From assembly GCA_963815455.1 (NCBI GenBank), contig CAWFGO010000003.1, forward strand, positions 704,001 through 768,000: 64,000 bases of DNA. Direction: 5' to 3'. Origin of the DNA: an uncultured Verrucomicrobiae bacterium. GTDB lineage: Bacteria; Verrucomicrobiota; Verrucomicrobiia; Chthoniobacterales; UBA10450. Under the pieces are notes generated by a model. It was not told the DNA's origin. It saw nothing but the letters and a program-made list of their open reading frames with translations, and made no database searches. Position 1 is the first letter of the stretch. Each line of letters opens with the position of its first letter. The position numbers and the translations under genes were made by a program. Positions 21,156 to 28,300 of the stretch are shown piece after piece.

Positions 21156-21647
21156 TCATTGGGATTTTGACAGAATCTCCTTCTTTAGGAATTCTAAACG
21201 TGTGTGGAGGTTTTCGGCATTTTCCAAGCTAGGGGGAACATTGACCGGTATCAGCTGATCGACTGAACGTCCTGCTCTGGCCGCTTCAACCCACTCGCGC
21301 ATCGCCCCAATATAGGCATCTAGAGCGCAAGCCGCGTTTGGAGCATTTTCGGTGGTAATGTAAGCAGGTGGTAAATCTCCCACGATTACCCAAAGCCATT
21401 CGTCTACGTCGCTACGCGAGGGGACGATATGGAATAGAAAAACCCCGACCACACCGCCAACTCCAAGGCCCAGAAAGGACTCACGTATGCCGCGATTCCA
21501 GGCAAACGAAGAAAGAAAAGCTTTCGCCTCAGCTAGCATTCCACGTAACAGCACCGAGTCCTCTTGGTCTTCACCCTGCATTAGATTGGCGGAAGTGAGC
21601 TTTGAGAATTCAATAGCTTCTCTCCTCTTACTACGGTTTGGTTCCAT
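21156..21647 (-). CDS. DUF4826-like putative immunity protein
   Basis: WLWVIVGDLPPAY motif and C-terminal LHTRLEFL; ATG at 21647 (the longer ORF reads through repeats). Confidence 0.6.
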   Translation of the reverse strand: MEPNRSKRREAIEFSKLTSANLMQGEDQEDSVLLRGMLAEAKAFLSSFAWNRGIRESFLGLGVGGVVGVFLFHIVPSRSDVDEWLWVIVGDLPPAYITTENAPNAACALDAYIGAMREWVEAARAGRSVDQLIPVNVPPSLENAENLHTRLEFLKKEILSKSQ

Positions 21648-21653
21648 AAATTC

Positions 21654-22880
21654 GGGGGAAAGGAAAGGGGAAAGGGGAAAGGGGGTCAGAAAGGGGGTCA
21701 GAAAGGGGGTCATGTCTTTATTCTTGTCGGGGAAAGGGGAAAGGGGGTCAGAAAGGGGAAAGGGGGTCATGTCTTTATTCTTGTCGTGCTCGGGCTTCGA
21801 TCTCTTTCAGATGCTTGGAAAGTTGCGCTTGGTTAGCCAGGTCATCAATCCGGCTGCACAGCCGACTGACATGGCTGTCGTTTCCCATTGCCAACTGCTC
21901 TCCTATCCAGCGTAGTGAAACCCCGGTCCGGTTCTTGATTAAGTGACCAATCGCGCGCTTGCGCCAATCGCTCTTTTTAAGTTTGGGCAGGTCTCTCTTC
22001 TCCAGGTTCCACTGCTTCAACCCAGCTCTGAGTAAACGCTCAGCGCTCCATGCCCCGTGATCGCCCCAAGTCTCCACCGGCCCCGATTTTCGCAGCCCGG
22101 CATCGCTCAATCGATCCATTAGCCTCAGCGCCCGATCTCGAAATTGCTCGCCGCCCAAAATCCAGCCCCGCCGCAATTCACCCGGCAATGGACCGAGGCT
22201 GCGGCCCGGCGGGTTTTCTTTGGCGCGCTCTTGCAGCCGCTTTACGTATTGTCGCCGGTGGGAGCCGCGATCACTCCAGCCCAGCTCACCTAAGACCGTT
22301 TTCACTTCCAACCAATTCGGCCGGTTACGAGCCCCCGGCCCGTACCAGTTGAAACTGCTCCAGCGATAGCTGCTTAAAGGTCTCTTGCTCGTCAAATGCG
22401 CCCGGGCCGGATTGAGATGAATGTAGTCCGACACCGTTGCCAGGTAGCCCCGCTCTTCGGGATCGATCAGCAGCGATTTATAACGTCCGGCAAAGAGATG
22501 TCCGCTCAAACGATGCCGGCGATTGTAGCGGGCCGTGTAGGTGGCTTGAAACCAATGCATCCCACGCACCAGATTGGCTTTCGGGGTCTCTACCAGCAGG
22601 TGGTAATGATTGCTCATCAAGACATAGGCGTGCACTCGCCAGCCAGTGCGCTGACAAATCTCGCCCAGTGTAGCCAGGAACATTTCCCGATCCCTGTCAT
22701 CGAGGAAGATCGCTTCCCGCCGATCGCCCCGGCAAAGCAGGTGATAAAGCGCCCCCTCAAATTCTATCCGCGGCATTCTGGCCATCGAACAACCATTAGC
22801 TGATTATCCCACAATGACAAGAATAAAGACATGACCCCTATTTTACTTATTTTACTATTTGACCCCTATTTTACTATTTC
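21654..22880 (-). mobile_element. Y1/RAYT-type HUH transposase element with terminal inverted repeats
   Basis: 23-bp GGGGTCATGTCTTTATTCTTGTC at 21706-21728 and 21763-21785, exact reverse complement at 22816-22838; tandem GGGGTCAG and TATTTTAC stutters outside. Confidence 0.8.
21775..22785 (-). CDS. REP-associated-type tyrosine (Y1 HUH) transposase with C-terminal HTH
   Basis: MARMPRI..YHLLCRG..IF, AYVLMSNHYHLL (HUH), GHLFAGRYKS, YIHLNP (catalytic Tyr); C-terminal SLRWIGEQL..SHVSR HTH. Confidence 0.9.
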   Translation of the reverse strand: MARMPRIEFEGALYHLLCRGDRREAIFLDDRDREMFLATLGEICQRTGWRVHAYVLMSNHYHLLVETPKANLVRGMHWFQATYTARYNRRHRLSGHLFAGRYKSLLIDPEERGYLATVSDYIHLNPARAHLTSKRPLSSYRWSSFNWYGPGARNRPNWLEVKTVLGELGWSDRGSHRRQYVKRLQERAKENPPGRSLGPLPGELRRGWILGGEQFRDRALRLMDRLSDAGLRKSGPVETWGDHGAWSAERLLRAGLKQWNLEKRDLPKLKKSDWRKRAIGHLIKNRTGVSLRWIGEQLAMGNDSHVSRLCSRIDDLANQAQLSKHLKEIEARARQE

Positions 22881-22885
22881 GAGCT

Positions 22886-23302
22886 TCACCGAGATCTAGA
22901 CCGCGCACGAACAGCATCGGGTCTTCGCTCATGAAGCGGCCGATAGTCGGATGATAGGCACGGGCGCGATATTCGTGAGAACCCGAACTGTGGCGCATAC
23001 TCGCGGCCGGTGAAGAGGAAGCGATTATTAATCAGTGACGAGGGATGAGTGATGTGGGACGAGTCGTAAATTGTGGGCGTTCCAAATGCGTCATACCGAT
23101 ATGATTCGAGGATTGTTCCATCGCCGCCAGTGACCACGATCACGCTGCCCTCGTGGTCCTGCATCGGGTATTGGCCAGACCCGTTGTTGCTCCGGGCGAT
23201 GATCTCATCGATCCCGCGCCCGTACACATTGGTCGAGGGCGTGCCGCCGCTGGGATCGAACTCGTAGATCGGACGTTCCCCGTCGTAGATGTAATAGGTC
23301 AA
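22886..23302 (-). pseudogene. orphan Rhs core fragment, cut off before its toxin tip at the transposase element end
   Basis: YYIYDGERP..YGRGIDEI..QDHEGSV..YRYDAFG..RFLFTGREY; ends next to the repeats at ~22880. Confidence 0.75.
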
Positions 23303-23341
23303 GAGGTGATGACTGACACAATTTGAATTAGCTTTTCGCCC

Positions 23342-23668
23342 TCATTCGTCAGTTCTCCATTTCGACCGACTTATTCTGTGAGTATCGATAAAACCATCTA
23401 TCTTGCCTGAACAACGGTTCACGTGCACGCTGTAAACGGGGATTGCCTCACGCCGGTGCGGATCATTATACGACACTGCATACAAGGGAACCTTCGGCCC
23501 GGATTCAGGAACGAAAGTATCTTTGATGACTCGAATCGTGTAGTCCCGCGGCAGGGTGATTTTTCGTCGATTGATCTCGGCATTGGCTATGCCAATTACC
23601 TGTTCGTTGCTCAGGTACGTGCAGCAGCCAGAGAGAAAAAACGCGCACATCAGAAGCAGTGGTTTCAT
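23342..23668 (-). CDS. small lipoprotein, putative immunity to the upstream peptidase toxin
   Basis: Lipobox FLSGC; TGATG-type coupling with the toxin stop at 23668. Confidence 0.65.
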   Translation of the reverse strand: MKPLLLMCAFFLSGCCTYLSNEQVIGIANAEINRRKITLPRDYTIRVIKDTFVPESGPKVPLYAVSYNDPHRREAIPVYSVHVNRCSGKIDGFIDTHRISRSKWRTDE

Positions 23669-24687
23669 CAGTGTCCAGCGTCCCAGCGATTGATGGGAAC
23701 ACCCTTGTAAGATTTGCGATCCTCTAGCTTTAAACCTCGCCTCACAGGATTTTCATTATCGCGCACATTATGACCTCGGTATTCATTTTCGTCTCTTCCT
23801 CCCGCAAAGTGGCCAACCTCGTGAAACACGGTTGTCGCACGCCCTTTGACTCCATCGGGCGGCAATTCTGTCGGATGGTGGTTAAAATCTGCTCGGCTCT
23901 TTGGATCAAGAAAAGCGGGGTCATGGGGATCAAGCCGGAGAATTTTTTCCTTAGGATAGAATCCGGTCGGATGTGTCTTGTCGGTGGCCGCAACTCTCAA
24001 ATCTCCTGGCATATTAGCTAATTCGTTGCCTCGTTTGCTCGTCGACGAACCAAGTTTTATCGCTTCATTAAACTTCGCTTGCGCGGCTGCGCCAAACGAT
24101 TCATCAAAGAAAAATTCAATCAGCCCTAATGGATCAAATCTATCAAGCGGATCGTTAGAGCAGTATCGAAACAGGTTTAGCTCGCCTTGATCAGGAGACT
24201 TCCAGAATGACCATTCCTCTTTCGATTTGCCGCCTTCGGGAGCCTTGGCGTCGGACGAATCTGCGACCGGCTTATCGAGGCCGATCCGCCGCACAAACAG
24301 ATTCGGATCTTCGCTCATGAAGCGGCCAATCGTCGGATGATAAGCCCTCGCGCGGGACCCGTAGAAGCCGAACTGCGGCGTGTACTCGCGGCCAGTGAAG
24401 AGGAAGCGATTGTTGATCGCAGTGGTTGATAGTTGATTGTTCGACGGATCGCGAATGGTCGGCGCGCCGAAGGCGTCGTAGCGGTACCATTCCAGGATAG
24501 AGCCGTCGCCGCCGGTGACCACGATCACGCTGCCTTCATGGTCCTGCATGAAATACTGACCCGAGCCGTTATTGCTGCGATAGAGAATCTCATCGATCCC
24601 GCGCCCGTAAACATTGATCGAAGGCGTGCCGCCGTTCGGATCAAACTCGTAGATCGGCCGTTCCCCGTCGTAGATGTAATAGATCAC
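23668..24687 (-). CDS. orphan Rhs-core plus toxin cassette, HEXXH zinc metallopeptidase (M91-like) tip
   Basis: Rhs core ending NDPLDRFDPLGL; tip contains FHEVGH and ENPVRRGLKLEDRKSY; GTG at 24687. Confidence 0.75.
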   Translation of the reverse strand: MIYYIYDGERPIYEFDPNGGTPSINVYGRGIDEILYRSNNGSGQYFMQDHEGSVIVVTGGDGSILEWYRYDAFGAPTIRDPSNNQLSTTAINNRFLFTGREYTPQFGFYGSRARAYHPTIGRFMSEDPNLFVRRIGLDKPVADSSDAKAPEGGKSKEEWSFWKSPDQGELNLFRYCSNDPLDRFDPLGLIEFFFDESFGAAAQAKFNEAIKLGSSTSKRGNELANMPGDLRVAATDKTHPTGFYPKEKILRLDPHDPAFLDPKSRADFNHHPTELPPDGVKGRATTVFHEVGHFAGGRDENEYRGHNVRDNENPVRRGLKLEDRKSYKGVPINRWDAGH

Positions 24688-24710
24688 CGAACTGGCGCCG
24701 GTGGTTCGCT

Positions 24711-25347
24711 TCACGCACCGGCCCTGATCGCGAAATCTTCTAGCCAGCGCATGAGCTTTTTCCGCTTCTCGGGTCTTTCGGCCTCCGGAGTCTGGCAATA
24801 ATCTGCAAGCGCAAATCCCAAATCTGTAAACTCTTTCGGCAATCCTTTTGTTGGACTCCATATTTGACCGTAAACGCCACCCAAGCCGGTAATCCAAACG
24901 GAAAATTCAACATTCCAGCCATCTCCGCCCTAACTTATTTTGTGGATACCGCGTCTTGAGAAGCATACTTGCCCAAGCGCGCTGAACCGCCACTGCAAAA
25001 TCTGCGTCGATAGGGACGTTAACCTGGCTTTCAGAAATAGGACCGCGCTTGCCACGAGATATCTTAATAAGCGTGATGAAATTGTCTATCGACCGCTCGT
25101 GATCATAGTTCTTGTAACCTTTTCCCCAGACCGAAACCGCGAGATCACCGACTGCCGAACCGTTGCAAATCATATGACCCTTGCCCCATTTATTTCCCAG
25201 TAGTCTCTGCACGGCTGCTTCATATTCACGTCCGTCCGGCGACACTGGAATGAGATATCTCGGTTCCGTCTGATGTTTTTTCAATTGTATCGGTTCCACC
25301 GCAATCACCGATGACGTGAAGAAAACAAGAATGAAAAATCGCTTCAT
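24711..25347 (-). CDS. putative cognate immunity protein of the main Rhs, frameshift near 24935
   Basis: Signal peptide MKRFFILVFF; shifted frame continues GGDGWNVEFSVW...DLGFALADYCQTPEAERP...RAGA* with stop at 24711. Confidence 0.65.
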
Positions 25348-25368
25348 TAGTGATTCCCAAGTGCCGAC

Positions 25369-28300
25369 TTACTTTCGTTGTAGGCCCGGCAGCTTAACAG
25401 CCGGTCTTTTCTCGACTTCTTCCCACTTTCCATTCTTTAACCTTTCGGTGACTGAATCCGCGTGATGATCACGCTGTCGCGCGTCATCAGACTGTCGATA
25501 GCGCTCCGTAATTTTTCCATCTTTTGAAGTCGTGTAAACTGTGGTGTTGGATTTATCCCCATTGTTCTTGTCTGGGGGGCTTGTCAGCGTGCCCCTCGGG
25601 TCCGGTCGCCCTTGTGGGTCGGTTGTGTTGCTATTGGTGTGAACGTGGGCAAATGAGTCCCTCTTGCCGTTTTCGCCGCCGGGAGGATCCGGATACAATA
25701 TCCTTTGGTGAGTCATGTCCCCGTTAACGGGCTCACCGACGCTCGTATCCTTCGAATATTGAATGCGACCATTAAGCGGCCCGATCGTCTTGCCGCGCTC
25801 CAAGCCAACGCCTTTTCCGTCGCTATTATTATTGCTAATATCTCGGACGACTTTGAGGGCTTCGAGTGAAACACGATCCACTTCTGGACTCACCACAGTT
25901 GGAGCCAGCCCCATGGGATCGCTAAGGTCCCACGGATCGTTTTTGACGTACCGATAGAGATTGTAATCGTCCGCATCGAAGAGTTTAGGGTCCTCAGACA
26001 TGAACCGCCCGATGCCGGGATGATAGGCGCGGGCGCGGTATTCATAGAAGCCGAAGAGTGGAATGTATTCCCTGCCGGTGAAGAGAAAGCGATTATTGAT
26101 CTGTGTCGTCGGGAATGAAGTTCCGGCACCGTCCTTGATCGACATCGGCGCGCCGAAGGCATCGTAGCGGTACCATTCCAAGAGCGCGCCGTTGCCCCCC
26201 AGAACGGCAATCACACTTCCCTCGTGGTCCTGCATGAAATGCTGACCCGAGCCGTGATTGCTGCGATAGAGAATTTCATCGATACCGCGCCCGTAAATAT
26301 TCGTCGAAGGTGTGCCGCCGTTTGGATCGAACTCATAGATTGGTTTCTCGCCATCATAAATGTAATACGTGACCGACATTCCCGGCCCATCTCCCCAGGT
26401 GCGCCGCACCAACCGGCCCAGTGCATCGTAGCCCAGCCGGTAGAGATGCAGCCCGCTGGCGTCGGTCATCGACACGCGCGCCAGCCGCGTGTCGTTTAGA
26501 TAAACGTAATTCACACCCTGATAAGCGCTGATCTCGTGATTCGCCCCGTTCTGGATCGACGTGTCCCCGTGAGCGATCGTGTATTGATTCAGGCCATTCG
26601 GCTCGTAATTGAACGGCTCGCCGTCTGCCGTCACGCCCGCTTCGCCGGTCCGATTGCCCGCTTTATCGAGCGCGTAATTCAGACTGCGCCTGGTTGCGGA
26701 CTGCGGCGCTTGGCCACCGCCTTCATTGCTGTACGTTTCCTCAGCAATCGTCGAATCAGCCATGCCGGTTTTGTAAGCAATCGCTCGCACCGTCTTCTCT
26801 CCATTCAGCGGCACTCCCACATTGAAACTCCCACCGGATGAAATCAACATCCCATTGGTGCTGCTGGGAATAGTTCCGTTGGTCGTATAACGGATCGACG
26901 CGCCAGCGGTCGAACAGGTGACGGTGACCGATTGCGAAACCCCGTAGAGATTACACCCCGGGGGATTGAGCACCGGAGTGGCTACTTGATTTCCCGGTGG
27001 CGGCGTGGGCGTGGCGCTCGGCGTTGGCGTCGGGCTCGATACCGGCAACGCGTATTCCGCGCGCTGGAGTTCGCCATCGAGATAATAGCCAAACCAATCG
27101 ATCGCCGCCGTGTCTTCATCGCGGTTAACCGAACTCAGCCGGTTCATCATATCGTAACCGTACACTTCGCGCGTAAACCAATTCCGCGTCGTAGGGGTGC
27201 CGTAGGGCATCGGCATCGCGCTGGGAAGGTTGACTTTCAGCGCCCCGATGCGATTCAGCGCATCCGGCTCGTAGTCGATCCAAGTCCCGTTTGCGAAACT
27301 GTCGCGCCTGGTAACATTTGAGGCTTCATCGTACCCGTATTGATATGAAGGACTCTGGCCACCCGTCGGCAAGATCGTCTTGAGCCGGCCCAAACTGTCG
27401 TAAGTCTGGGTGTAATCGTATCCGACTCCGGGAACCCAAAGATGCCTTACTCGGCCGTCATTATCGTGTTCGTAAGACACGGCTTGCGTTGTGCTTGGAG
27501 GCGGGGAAGCAATGCCTGTTCCTGCGTTCACCGTTGCCACTTTGTTGTCGGCATTATCAATATCTCCAGTGACATTTGCATCGCACCGGAAGTTGCTTGA
27601 GCTAACGGGCTGACCGATCTGCGACTGAATCATGCTGGCATCGCTCGAAGTAACCGAGCCGGTGGCGTTCGCGTCGCCCCATAAAACTCGCATCGGAATT
27701 GCGATCTCGTCAGAAATTCCACCATCACTGACCGAGAGCATCACGACAAGCTTCTGCGCCGTGCTTACGTTCACCAGATCGATAGTGATGGCCGTTCCGC
27801 CCGTTTCTGTAGACGCAGATGTGGTGGCGCTAACAGTGCCGATTCCGGCCGATACGATGGCATTACCGTTGAGGTTCACCAGGTGCTGGAAAGTAGCGAC
27901 GATCTTATAAGTCCCGCCGTTTCGGCTTTCAATTCCCGGGTCTCCCGTTAGTGGCAACGCAATGTCAAAATCACCTGCGCTCCCGTGCGTCCGCCGAGAG
28001 ACGACACTCGGTCGGTCAATCAACGGAACCGGAGTGGGCGCGGCACCGGGCATCGTCTGCTGATCCAGCGTCATCCGTCCGGCATCGTCGTAGCCCCGCA
28101 CGACAGTTGAGTATGGATTCTGAGCAAAAGTCAGCCGCCCGGCCCAATCGTAATCAAAATCGCTGAAATCAATTCCGTTGCTCCAGCGCATCGCGGTCTT
28201 CCGGTTGCGCGAGTCGTAGGCGAACGTCTGGATCGCGCCGCCGGGCGCGCGCCGGGCGATCAGGTTCTTATTGCCATCGTAGGTCCAGGTCTGGGTATCG

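Noticed and set aside
21654..21785. Repeats as a CRISPR array
   Set aside because: Only two copies of the 23-mer, the intervening DNA is itself repeat-derived, and no cas genes are present
21648..21915. MTPFPLSDPL.. extension of the DUF4826-like ORF and the opposite GERGKGVRKG ORF
   Set aside because: Read-through of the transposase end repeats
24800..24834. Apparent 7-bp periodicity AATCTGC AAGCGCA AATCCCA AATCTGT
   Set aside because: Encodes residues conserved with the paralogue; likely chance
24688..24897. N-terminal 70 aa of the 409-aa ORF as part of the orphan Rhs
   Set aside because: This stretch is the out-of-frame 3' end of the immunity gene; Rhs similarity starts at ~24687
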